Origin: an uncultured Clostridia bacterium
GTDB lineage: Bacteria > Bacillota > Clostridia > TANB77 > CAG-508
Assembly: GCA_944388715.1 (NCBI GenBank)
Contig: CALXJV010000001.1
Coordinates: 1 to 47,717 of the forward strand
Direction of reading: 5' to 3'
Length of the DNA stretch: 47,717 bases
Notes under the pieces: model-generated
What the model saw: the letters and a program-made list of their open reading frames with translations, nothing else
The model's database searches: none
Told to the model about the DNA's origin: nothing
Shown here: piece after piece, positions 1 to 8,766 of the stretch
Layout of the letters: each line of letters begins with the position of its first letter
How positions within the stretch are numbered: position 1 is the first letter of the stretch
Translations under genes and position numbers: made by a program

Positions 1-1104
1 GAAAAAGGAACAGTTTTAGGAACAAATAATATTTGGGGCTATAAAAAAGAAAAAGGAAAACTTGTAATAGATGAAATAGAAGCGCCACTAATTAGAACAA
101 TTTTTAATACATATGCAAATAATCAAAAAATAGGTTTAAAGAAGTTATCTATTGAACTAGCCAAACAAGGATATTATAACCGAAATGGGAATGTCATTCA
201 TCAAAATACATTAAAGAAAATCATTCAAAACCCTAAATATAAAGGATACTATACTGGTGGTTTATCAACTGTTGTAGATTACAGAACTAAGAAAAGAAAT
301 TTCTATGAAAAACAAGAATGGAAAGTATTTAAAGATTATGAAAAAGTACCTCCAATTGTGTCGGAAGAATTATGGGATAAAGCAAATCAAAAATTATTAA
401 GTAGAAGCAAATCTGCTAAAATGTACCAAAAACACCAAACTACCTATCCCCTTTCTGGTAAATTATATTGCAAAAAACATAATTGTGGTTTTGTAAGAAA
501 AATAAGACATTACAAAAATAAGGAAGATGTTATATATTGGTATTGTGGAGACTTTCATAAAAAAGGGAAAAAGAACTGTGTACCTGCTTGTTTTAAGGAA
601 GAAGATTTATATAATATTTTGCTTATTGTTTTTAAAAAATACGAAATATATAAAGAAGAAATTGCAGAAGAATTAATGTCATTTTATTTAGAACTTTCAA
701 AAGAAGAAGAAAATATAGAAAAAGAAGAAATGATAATAAATGAGATAAAAGTTCTTGAAAATAAAAAAGATAAACTATTAGATTTAGCTTTAGATGGCTT
801 TTTAAGCAAAGAAGAATTACAGATAAAAAAGATATCTATTGAAGAAGCAATTTCTAGTCTAAATGTAAAATTAAAAGAAATAAATGCAAAGAAAATAAAT
901 CAAACTGAAAAAGATTTCTATTATAAAACTCTAAAAGAAAACATATTAAAAGAATTAAATATAACAAAAGATAATTTAGAAGTTTACATTGATGAACTAT
1001 TAGATAAAATAATTGTAGAAGAATCAGAAAAAGATAAATCCCAAGTAAACTTAAAATTTATGCTTGCAGGAAACAATGTAACTACATATAATATTCCTGC
1101 ATAA
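1..1104 (+). CDS. large serine recombinase, C-terminal ~367 codons (5' end lies outside the window)
   Basis: Frame 1 is open from nt 1 (EKGTVLGTNNIWGYKKEKGKLVIDEIEAPLIRTIF...NPKYKGYYTGG) and continues into ORF 358..1104. It shows a recombinase-domain pattern, a Cys-rich zinc-ribbon stretch (CKKHNCGF...YWYCGDFHKKGKKNC) and a long Glu/Lys coiled-coil tail. This is the architecture of phage, ICE or transposon large serine recombinases. Confidence 0.85.
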   Translation, partial: EKGTVLGTNNIWGYKKEKGKLVIDEIEAPLIRTIFNTYANNQKIGLKKLSIELAKQGYYNRNGNVIHQNTLKKIIQNPKYKGYYTGGLSTVVDYRTKKRNFYEKQEWKVFKDYEKVPPIVSEELWDKANQKLLSRSKSAKMYQKHQTTYPLSGKLYCKKHNCGFVRKIRHYKNKEDVIYWYCGDFHKKGKKNCVPACFKEEDLYNILLIVFKKYEIYKEEIAEELMSFYLELSKEEENIEKEEMIINEIKVLENKKDKLLDLALDGFLSKEELQIKKISIEEAISSLNVKLKEINAKKINQTEKDFYYKTLKENILKELNITKDNLEVYIDELLDKIIVEESEKDKSQVNLKFMLAGNNVTTYNIPA

Positions 1105-1162
1105 ATCATCTAGTTAACATTATTGGATGCATTATCCATCTATTTCTGGCATAGTTCAAAAA

Positions 1163-1390
1163 TTATATCATTTCTTCTTTTGTATATTTTGATTTTCCAA
1201 AAGCAAGTATCAATAAAAATATGGTTGGTAATAAAATCAAACCAATTGTAAATCCAATCCCTTTACTAAACTTTTTAGCAGTCATAGTATATAAATATGT
1301 GGAAAATAAAAATTGTATAACAAAAGCTATATCAAAAGATATTGGATAAATTAAATATAACCATATAAGGAAAATCTCCCACTTTGTCAC
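1163..1390 (-). pseudogene. C-terminal fragment of a small membrane protein (DUF5684-like tail), joined in frame to the feoB stump
   Basis: The distal part of ORF 1163..1465 reads ...KWEIF...AKKFSKGIGFTIGLILLPTIFLLILAFGKSKY. From memory this matches the conserved tail of small DUF5684-type membrane proteins. There is no N-terminal part or own start at the expected place. It needs an HMM check. Confidence 0.35.
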
Positions 1391-2702
1391 TCCCATGCAC
1401 ATGGTAATCATCTGTTTTCCGACTACAACATGCTTTTTTAAAAAATCCATCCATATTAAAAGCAATTCTCGGCAAATATCCTAAATCTTCTAATATAGTA
1501 AATAAAGGAAAAAATATAGCCATTGGTGGTAACATAACAGAAACAACCCAAGTTACTGTTTGGTATACACCTAAAATCAGCATATCAGACAACCAGCCCG
1601 GACAATGTATATATGTAGCAAAATTTATCAATTTTTCTTGTATACTTCCAAATAAAGCAAATAATAATTGTGAAGGATAATTAGCTCCAACAATTGTAAT
1701 CCAAAATATAACCAATAAGAACAATACCATAATTGGAATTCCATATCTTTTTGATGTTAAGACTTTATCGATTTTTCTATCTCTTTTAGCATAATCTTTA
1801 TTTTCAAATTCACATACTTTTTTTGTTATTTCCTCTGAATTTTTAACAATTGTTGATACAATTTCTTCTTTAAACTTTTCCTTTGTAATTCCGTTGTTTT
1901 CTAATTCATTCAGTGTTTTTTTCCTAATATTAAAAATATCTGTGTCATTACAATCCTTTAAATTTTCGTTTATTATTTGTATCTTTAAATTTTTTTCAAT
2001 TTCTTTTAATATTACCTCTTCTCCTTCAATCATTTTTAAAGCTACCCATCTTGCCAATTTATCATTTATATTATATTTATCAACTAATATTTCTTTAATT
2101 CCACTAATTGCATTTTCGATTTTTTCATTATATTTCATTTTATAAATTTGCTTTAGTTCACTTTTATACATACATGCTTTTCTAGTTGCCTTTAACAACT
2201 CATTTAAAGTTTTCTTTTTTCTTGCTATAACACCAACGACTGGTACATTTAAAATAGTTGATAATTTTTCTAAATCAATTTTTATCTTCTTCTTTTTTGC
2301 TTCATCTAACAAATTAACACATAAAACAATATTATCTGTAATCTCTGTAATTTGTAATACTAAATTTAAATTTCTTTCTAAACAGGTTGCATCTACAACT
2401 ACTATTGTTAAATCTGGATTTCCAAAACAGATATAGTTTCTTGCAATTTCCTCTTCTTCTGAATTTGACATTATTGAATATGTACCGGGAATATCAACAA
2501 ATTGATATTTTTCTCCTCTATAATAAAAGTTTCCTGTTGCATTTGCCACTGTTTTACCTGTCCAATTACCAGTATGCTGATTCATTCCTGTTAAGTTATT
2601 AAATATTGTTGATTTTCCAACATTAGGATTACCTGCTAATGCTACTGTATAATCACATTTCTGTTTTACATCTTCTTGTTTTTTATTTCTTACATTACTC
2701 AT
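1391..2702 (-). pseudogene. feoB: ferrous iron transporter FeoB, frameshifted and 3'-truncated
   Basis: G-domain motifs are present (GNPNVGKST, DIPGTYS, NLLD), followed by the helical domain and the first TM segments. The reading frame switches between FFKKACCS (frame of ORF 1332..2702) and GKQMITMCMG (frame of ORF 1163..1465) around nt 1418-1447. FeoB-like sequence stops right after MCMG at about nt 1391, so about 250 or more C-terminal membrane-domain residues are missing. Confidence 0.75.
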
Positions 2703-2851
2703 ACATCCCTCCTTAATTTTCTTTTGTGTTTTTTTTTATTCTATTTATTTTATTATTTTTTTGTTACTATTTTTATTGTTTTATAACAAATTGGAAATCC
2801 TTAAAATTTATATTAATTTTATCTTTCCTCTTAAAATTGATATTTTAATTA

Positions 2852-3097
2852 TTACTTTAATTCTATATTTTTTCCATCTTCTTTTCTTATAGCAATTAAT
2901 CCTCCCCTAAATTCAAATGCTCTTGGATCACCTGATGGACTTACTAATACTGGCTTTATTATTGTCCCCTCTATTAATCCTAAATCTAATAGCCTTCGTT
3001 TTATAGTTTCATTTCCTCTAACTTTTTTTACAATACCTATTTCTTCAATACCTAATTCATTTATAGTTTTTATACTCACCTTTTTGTACACCTCCAT
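2852..3097 (-). CDS. feoA: FeoA family iron transport protein
   Basis: An 81-aa SH3-like FeoA pattern (G..V.V......RRL.DLGL..G..I......P.GDP) lies directly upstream of feoB on the same strand. Confidence 0.85.
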   Translation of the reverse strand: MEVYKKVSIKTINELGIEEIGIVKKVRGNETIKRRLLDLGLIEGTIIKPVLVSPSGDPRAFEFRGGLIAIRKEDGKNIELK

Positions 3098-3170
3098 TTT
3101 ATGTTTATTATATTTTATTCTATAATATCTTTTATGTTCTTTTGTAAATCACAAAATTATTACTTAAAAA

Positions 3171-3335
3171 AATCCTTTAAGGTATAATAAAATGGAGAAA
3201 GGGTCTATTATAATATAAATAAATGGAACAATTTTGCGTATCTAAATTTGAATTAGAAATTTAGCTTATACAAAATTGTGTAATGTTTTATATTATAATA
3301 GACCCTTTCTCCATTTTATTACACCTTAAAGGATT
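3171..3335. repeat. palindromic intergenic element, copy A (~165 bp long hairpin)
   Basis: The left arm aatcctttaaggtataataaaatggagaaagggtctattataatataaa pairs with the right arm tttatattataatagaccctttctccattttattacaccttaaaggatt. The inner part (aacaattttgcgtatctaaattt / aaatttagcttatacaaaattgtgt) also pairs. A second copy lies at 36049..36299. Confidence 0.8.
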
Positions 3336-3463
3336 TCCTCATATATTGCACAACTATTTTTTTTATGGTAAAATTTCCTTGTAAAAGTATATTTATCAAA
3401 AAATTATATAAATATATAATTTTTACTGTATATCAGACATATACTTTTATGGGAGGAATTGTT

Positions 3464-4450
3464 ATGAAAAATAAATACAAAATAGCAATTGTAGGTGCCA
3501 GTGGAATTGTTGGAAGAACTGCTCTAAAAGTTTTAGAGGAAAAGGCATTCACAAATGTTGAATACACTCTATTTTCTTCTGAAAAATCAGCTGGCAAAAA
3601 AATTGAATTTCTAGGAATCAATTATATTGTTCAAGAATTGAAAGAAAATTCTTTTGACAAAAAATTTGATTATGCAATATTTTGTGCTGGTGGAGATGTT
3701 TCAAAAAAATATATACCTTTAGCAGTAGAAAAAAATTGTATATGTATTGACAATAGTAGTGTTTACAGGATGGATCCTGACGTTCCTTTAGTTGTACCTG
3801 AAGTAAACATGGATGATGCTTTTAAAAATAATGGAATTATTGCTAACCCTAATTGTTCTACTATCCAAGCTGTTGTTCCATTAAAGCCTTTAGATGACAA
3901 ATATAATATTAAAAGAATTGTGTATTCTACATATCAAGCTGTTTCTGGTGCAGGAAGAGAAGGAATTGAAGATTTAGAAAATGGCATAAATGGATTTGCT
4001 CCTAAGAAATTCCCTTATCCTATTTTTAATAACTGCTTACCACATATAGATGTTTTTATGGAAGATGGTTATACGAAAGAAGAACATAAAATGATAAATG
4101 AAACCAGAAAAATTCTTCATAAACCAGATTTACCTATTACAGCTACAACTGTTAGGGTTCCTGTTTTAAATTGTCACAGTGAATCTATCAACATAGAATT
4201 TGAGAAGGATTTTGATTTATATGATGTAAGACAATTACTACAAAATTTTCCTGGAGTTATAGTTGTTGATGATATAGAAAAAAATTATTACCCAATTGCA
4301 ACAAAAGCTGATGGTTATGATGAAGTTTTTGTTGGCAGAATCAGAAGAGATTTTAGTATAAAAAATGGTCTTAATTTATGGGTTGTTGCAGATAACTTAA
4401 GAAAAGGTGCAGCAAGTAATGCTATACAAATACTAGAAGGACTAATATAA
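3464..4450 (+). CDS. asd: aspartate-semialdehyde dehydrogenase
   Basis: MKNKYKIAIVGASGIVGRT Rossmann N-terminus and the active-site NPNCSTIQ motif. GGGAGG lies 7 nt upstream of the ATG at 3464. The ORF-track start at 3365 is an unsupported N-terminal extension. Confidence 0.9.
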   Translation: MKNKYKIAIVGASGIVGRTALKVLEEKAFTNVEYTLFSSEKSAGKKIEFLGINYIVQELKENSFDKKFDYAIFCAGGDVSKKYIPLAVEKNCICIDNSSVYRMDPDVPLVVPEVNMDDAFKNNGIIANPNCSTIQAVVPLKPLDDKYNIKRIVYSTYQAVSGAGREGIEDLENGINGFAPKKFPYPIFNNCLPHIDVFMEDGYTKEEHKMINETRKILHKPDLPITATTVRVPVLNCHSESINIEFEKDFDLYDVRQLLQNFPGVIVVDDIEKNYYPIATKADGYDEVFVGRIRRDFSIKNGLNLWVVADNLRKGAASNAIQILEGLI

Positions 4451-4462
4451 CTAGAAATGACA

Positions 4463-4512
4463 AAACGGGAACGGAGATTTTGATAACATTGTCAAAATCT
4501 CCGTCCCCGTTT
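4463..4512. terminator. bidirectional rho-independent terminator between convergent asd and the 112-aa gene
   Basis: GC-rich stem aaacgggaacggagattttga / tcaaaatctccgtccccgttt with A/T runs on both sides. Confidence 0.7.
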
Positions 4513-4541
4513 ACACTTTTCCATTTTGTTCGTTTTATTTA

Positions 4542-4880
4542 CTATACATTTTTCCATAACCAGTCTAAACTATTGTCTATGCTTTTCTTATTCATCTTTT
4601 TGGCTTCTATATCATCTACCCATAAATATGCAAAGAAAGAAACAAATATAAATGCAAAATCAATCGCTACACATCTTCCTAAAACAGGCATCATTTCTGC
4701 AAATTCTTCTGGTAATCTTACTAGTTGTACAGCATGCATTATTAACATTGCTAAATAGAAAAATAATACAATTCCAGCTATATAACTCTTTTTTAATTCT
4801 TGAGCTAGATATATTAAAAGCACTGTTGCTATAATCATTAACAATAGGTTTAAAATATTTGATATATCAAATATAAACAT
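4542..4880 (-). CDS. hypothetical small membrane protein (3 predicted TM segments)
   Basis: 112-aa hydrophobic ORF. GGAGG-like sequence (ggcggattgg on the + strand, ccaatccgcc on the coding strand) lies just upstream. No recognisable family. Confidence 0.5.
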   Translation of the reverse strand: MFIFDISNILNLLLMIIATVLLIYLAQELKKSYIAGIVLFFYLAMLIMHAVQLVRLPEEFAEMMPVLGRCVAIDFAFIFVSFFAYLWVDDIEAKKMNKKSIDNSLDWLWKNV

Positions 4881-5158
4881 CCAATCCGCCTCCCTATAGT
4901 TTATATTATAATATTACCATTTTGTTTATAATATATCAATACATTTTTATTTACATTTGTATTACAAATTCATTACAAGCTCACAATTAATTGGCAATTT
5001 TATATAATTATTTATAATATACATATTTTAAGAATATGACACTTTTTAGTTTACAAACTCAAAATAAAAATAAACTATATATTTATTTTTAATTACTTTA
5101 TTTCCAAAAAGTTGTAAATTTATATAATTAACCAAAACATTATAATTAATAAAACAAT

Positions 5159-5199
5159 AAAAACCAGTATTATACAAAAAATATATATTACTGGTTTTA
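5159..5199 (-). terminator. putative terminator downstream of glmM
   Basis: Hairpin aaaccagta...tactggttt followed by a T-run on the minus-strand transcript. Confidence 0.5.
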
Positions 5200-5213
5200 A
5201 TCAAATTATTATC

Positions 5214-6578
5214 TTATTTTAATTTTTTCTCTATTAAATTTGCTATTTCTTCTGCCCTTTTTGTTATATATTTTTGGTCTTCTCCTTCAATCATTACTCT
5301 AACTAAAGGTTCTGTTCCTGATGGTCTTATTAATACTCTTCCATTTCCTGCAAATTCTTTTTCTACTTCACTAATTGCTTTTTTAATGTCTTCATCTTTT
5401 TCATAATCATATTTTTTATCTGAATTTACTTTTGCATTTATTAATACTTGTGGATATAGTTTTATTATACTTGCTAATTCTGATGCTTTTTTGTTTTCTT
5501 CTAACATTGTTTGTATTAGCATTAATGATGTTAATATTCCATCTCCTGTTGGATTATAATCAAGCAAAATTACATGACCTGATTGCTCTCCTCCTAGGTT
5601 ATAACCTTCTTTTAGCATTTCCTCTAATACATATCTATCTCCTACTTTTGTTTGTATTAATTGCAAACCGTTTTTTTCAGTATATTTATTTAGTCCTAAA
5701 TTACTCATAACTGTTGCTACAATTGTATCTTTATTTAGCTTTCCTTTTTTTCTTAGATTTGAAGATATAATTGCCAATAACTTATCTCCATCTATTTCAT
5801 TTCCGTTTTCATCTATTGCTAAACATCTATCTCCATCTCCATCATATGCAATTCCTAAACTCATTTTATTCTCAACTACAAATTTTTTCAAGCCTTCTAA
5901 ATGTGTAGATCCACAATTTTCATTGATATTAATTCCATCTGGATTGTTATTTATGATTCTGTGTTTTATTCCTAGTTCCTTGAAAATTCTTTCTGCTACA
6001 GCATAAGTTGCTCCATTAGCTGTGTCAATTGCTACTTCAAAATCATCTTTTAAATGTTTTTCAATATTATCGTCAAAATTCTTTCTAAAGAAATATATGT
6101 ACTCATTGACTAAATCAAGACTATATTCTGATATTCCTATTTTTTCATTTTTTGCTGTTATTTCCTCTAATTTACCTGAATCCATGACTTCTTCAATTTC
6201 TTCTTCCAAAGAATCTTGTATTTTTGTTCCTTTATTACTAAAGAATTTTATTCCATTAAATTCAAATGTATTATGTGATGCTGATATAACAACACTTGCA
6301 TCTGCTTTCAATTTTCTTGTTAAATATGCCACTGCAGGTGTTGGTAATACTCCTAATAATTTTACATTTGCTCCATAGCTTAAAAATCCTGCTGTCATTG
6401 CACTTTCTATCAATGTTCCTGATATACGTGTATCTCTTCCTATTAAAATTGTTGGTGTATGATCAGTATGTTTTGATAATACATAGGCTCCTGCTTTTGC
6501 TACCTTATATACTAACTCTGGTGTTAATTCTGTATTTGCAATTCTTCTGATTCCATCTGTTCCAAAATATTTTCTCAT
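5214..6578 (-). CDS. glmM: phosphoglucosamine mutase
   Basis: MRKYFGTDGIR N-terminus, the phosphoserine loop SASHN, and GDGDR / GEQSGH motifs of the alpha-D-phosphohexomutase GlmM family. Confidence 0.93.
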   Translation of the reverse strand: MRKYFGTDGIRRIANTELTPELVYKVAKAGAYVLSKHTDHTPTILIGRDTRISGTLIESAMTAGFLSYGANVKLLGVLPTPAVAYLTRKLKADASVVISASHNTFEFNGIKFFSNKGTKIQDSLEEEIEEVMDSGKLEEITAKNEKIGISEYSLDLVNEYIYFFRKNFDDNIEKHLKDDFEVAIDTANGATYAVAERIFKELGIKHRIINNNPDGININENCGSTHLEGLKKFVVENKMSLGIAYDGDGDRCLAIDENGNEIDGDKLLAIISSNLRKKGKLNKDTIVATVMSNLGLNKYTEKNGLQLIQTKVGDRYVLEEMLKEGYNLGGEQSGHVILLDYNPTGDGILTSLMLIQTMLEENKKASELASIIKLYPQVLINAKVNSDKKYDYEKDEDIKKAISEVEKEFAGNGRVLIRPSGTEPLVRVMIEGEDQKYITKRAEEIANLIEKKLK

Positions 6579-6812
6579 TGTTATACTTCCTTCCTTTTAT
6601 TTAAATTGCCTTCTTTTGTGTATTTTCTAGTTTATATTATTCAAATTTTAATACTTTTATTCTTTTGAAAGTCATCCAACTTTGTTTTTCATATAAATTG
6701 ACCTATATAAATTATTTTGCATCACACTGTATTTTTATTTAATATAGTTTCAACTATACTATGTTTTTGTTTAATATAATTTGAATCAAACTAAACTATA
6801 TTTTTTATATAA

Positions 6813-7595
6813 TTATCTTTTGAAATTCATTATAAACTTTTCTTTTAATGTTAATTTAAAATCTAATGGTTCATCTATTTCAATCTTTTTATTATTTAAA
6901 ACTAACTTTGGATTTGTTGTAGTTAATTCTTCTAATTTTTCTTCACCTATAATATCAGCTATTTCGTCTAAAATTTGTGGAATTTTAGGATATATTGTAT
7001 TTTGCCTATGAACATCTGAGCCTAAAAAATGTATCATATTATTTTCAAAAAATCTTGTAACTATCATTCGTGCCTTTTCACCATATTGTCCTATTATACT
7101 TCCATAATTTGCTTGCATTAATACACCTTTTTCAATTAAGTCATAAATTAAATCTGGATCTTTTTGTACAAAACTATACCTTTCTGGATGTGCCAATATT
7201 GGAACTAATTTATATTGTAACATATCATATACAACATCATATAAATTCATAGGCTCTGCATTTAATGGTAATTCAAATAAAACATAACTTGTATCGTTTA
7301 TTGTTGATGCTTTTCTTTTTTCCAATAATTCTATAATGTTGTCTGAAAAATATATTTCATTTCCTAAATATAAATTTGTATCTATATTTTTAGTCTTTAA
7401 ATTTTCTAATATTGCTTTTACCCATACTTCTCTTTCTGGGACATCTGTTTCGTAATAATTTTCCATATAGTGTGAAGTTGATATTATTGCTTCAAATCCT
7501 ACTTTTTCTGCTTCTTTTATAAGATTAAATGTTTCTTCTATACTTCTTGAACCATCATCTATATTAGGTAATATATGTGAATGAAAGTCTATCAT
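6813..7595 (-). CDS. PHP-family protein-tyrosine phosphatase (CpsB/YwqE type)
   Basis: MIDFHSHILPNIDDGS N-terminus, metal-binding His/Asp pattern (STSHY, AHPERY, GSDVH), and a position next to a BY-kinase pair. Confidence 0.85.
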   Translation of the reverse strand: MIDFHSHILPNIDDGSRSIEETFNLIKEAEKVGFEAIISTSHYMENYYETDVPEREVWVKAILENLKTKNIDTNLYLGNEIYFSDNIIELLEKRKASTINDTSYVLFELPLNAEPMNLYDVVYDMLQYKLVPILAHPERYSFVQKDPDLIYDLIEKGVLMQANYGSIIGQYGEKARMIVTRFFENNMIHFLGSDVHRQNTIYPKIPQILDEIADIIGEEKLEELTTTNPKLVLNNKKIEIDEPLDFKLTLKEKFIMNFKR

Positions 7596-7716
7596 TTTTC
7601 TTTTGCTCCTTTATTGTTTTTTCGTACTATATTAGTATAACGTTAAGTTCGTTTTTTTTCAATATCTTTTATCGAATTTTGTAATTTTTGGTTACAAAAA
7701 GACCAGTGATATCACA

Positions 7717-8766
7717 CTAGCCCTTATTGCTATTTAAATTTTTCTTTTCTTCATCCAAATATGCATTTATTTGATTTAAAATTTCTGTTGTCTTATCCAA
7801 AGAAATATCTTCTGTCTTTTCTACATTTATTTTTCTTTGTAATTCATTTGGTTTATTGTTATTTACTTCTTTTAGTTCATAACTCCTCTTTATATCTTGA
7901 CTTGGTTTTAATTCCGAATTATTTCTTTTTGCTTGTGTACTTCTCATTAACTGAGGATTATTTGGTTTTACTCTTCTTTTCATGTCCTCTATTTTATTAC
8001 GCTTAAAACCAGACATCATATTACTAGATGACCTTACATTTCTAGATTTTGAACCTGGTTTAGACATTGTTGTTGAAGCATAGTAATATGATTGTTCATA
8101 TTTTCTAACAGATACTGGTATTTTATTTAATACAATCCCTGCTATTTTTCCTCCAACATTTTGTATATTTGTAACAATTTTTTGTAAATCATCTTTTTTA
8201 GTTTGTTTATATGCTGTTACAATAACTGTGGAATCTACAATTCTAGAAAGGATAATTGCATCTGTTACCAATTCACAAGGTGTTCCATCAATTATAACTA
8301 TATCACATATTTCTTTTAATCTATCTAATAGATTAATCATTTTTGCTGAAATTAGTAATTCAGAAGGGTTTGGTGGTATATTTCCTGCTGACATTATATA
8401 AAGATTTTTTACTTGTGTATCTTGTATATAATCTGCTAAATCATCTGAAATTTCTTCCCCAGTATTTATGTCAAATCCAGATAAATAGTTAGATAATCCT
8501 GGTTTTGGAGAAACTTCAAATATTGTATATTGTCTTCCTTTTCTCATATCAGCATCTACTAATACTACTTTTTTACCAGCTTGTGCAAATGTAACAGCCA
8601 AATTAGCTGTTACCCAACTTTTACCTTCGCCTGGTAATGTTGATGTAACCAATAATGTCTTTAATTTATTATTTGTATTCATGAATTGTATATTTGTTCT
8701 TAATGTTCTAAAAACTTCAGAAACAGGAGATTTCGGATCTCTATGTGCTATTAATTCTTTTTTCAC
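7717..8766 (-). CDS. BY-kinase (CpsD/CapB/YwqD type tyrosine autokinase) with a long basic C-terminal extension
   Basis: Walker A GEGKS, Walker A' VVLVDADMRK, Walker B DIVIIDGTP and tyrosine cluster YEQSYYYAS. An additional ~120 aa of K/N/S/R-rich tail follows the cluster. Confidence 0.85.
   Translation of the reverse strand: MKKELIAHRDPKSPVSEVFRTLRTNIQFMNTNNKLKTLLVTSTLPGEGKSWVTANLAVTFAQAGKKVVLVDADMRKGRQYTIFEVSPKPGLSNYLSGFDINTGEEISDDLADYIQDTQVKNLYIMSAGNIPPNPSELLISAKMINLLDRLKEICDIVIIDGTPCELVTDAIILSRIVDSTVIVTAYKQTKKDDLQKIVTNIQNVGGKIAGIVLNKIPVSVRKYEQSYYYASTTMSKPGSKSRNVRSSSNMMSGFKRNKIEDMKRRVKPNNPQLMRSTQAKRNNSELKPSQDIKRSYELKEVNNNKPNELQRKINVEKTEDISLDKTTEILNQINAYLDEEKKNLNSNKG

Noticed and set aside
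1163-1465. 100-aa ORF treated as an independent gene overlapping the end of feoB.
   Set aside because: Its first ~25 residues (…GKQMITMCMG) are the continuation of FeoB in a shifted frame, and the rest is an N-terminally incomplete fragment of another membrane protein. It is reinterpreted as part of the feoB pseudogene junction.
1894-2145. Plus-strand ORFs nested antisense inside well-supported minus-strand genes. Examples are 1894..2145, 2387..2602, 5432..5710, 6022..6378, 12098..12565, 21608..21985, 22533..22910, 30726..31079, 40661..41197 and 45136..45438.
   Set aside because: They translate to low-complexity Leu/Phe/Ile/Ser-rich sequence, as expected when AT-rich coding DNA is read on the opposite strand. 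They have no ribosome-binding sites or family signatures, and each lies wholly inside a gene with clear homology-type motifs.
3365-3463. N-terminal extension of asd in the ORF track (start at 3365). The same issue applies to the pyruvyl transferase extension at 27190..27267.
   Set aside because: The internal ATGs at 3464 and 27189 are preceded by GGGAGG and AGGAGG and give the canonical family N-termini. The extensions are hydrophobic or nonsense-like, and the second would overlap the upstream gene.
3098-3463. Lysine riboswitch upstream of asd, or a Fur box upstream of feoA.
   Set aside because: No L-box-like conserved core and no GATAATGATAATCATTATC-like palindrome could be recognised by eye. 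The spacer is dominated by the palindromic element. A covariance-model scan would be needed to exclude them fully.
4890-4935. Possible third, degenerate half-copy of the palindromic element (tttatattataatattaccattttgtt) upstream of the 112-aa membrane protein gene.
   Set aside because: Only about 25 nt of AT-rich similarity, with an internal gap and no opposing arm. This is indistinguishable from a generic -10 region in AT-rich DNA.
6743-6758. 16-bp palindrome tatagtttcaactata between the cpsB-like gene and glmM, with a partial repeat aaactatat at about 6794. It could be an operator.
   Set aside because: It is short and entirely A/T-rich, and could equally be a weak terminator stem for the phosphatase gene. 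There is no second full site and no regulator gene nearby to support an operator call.
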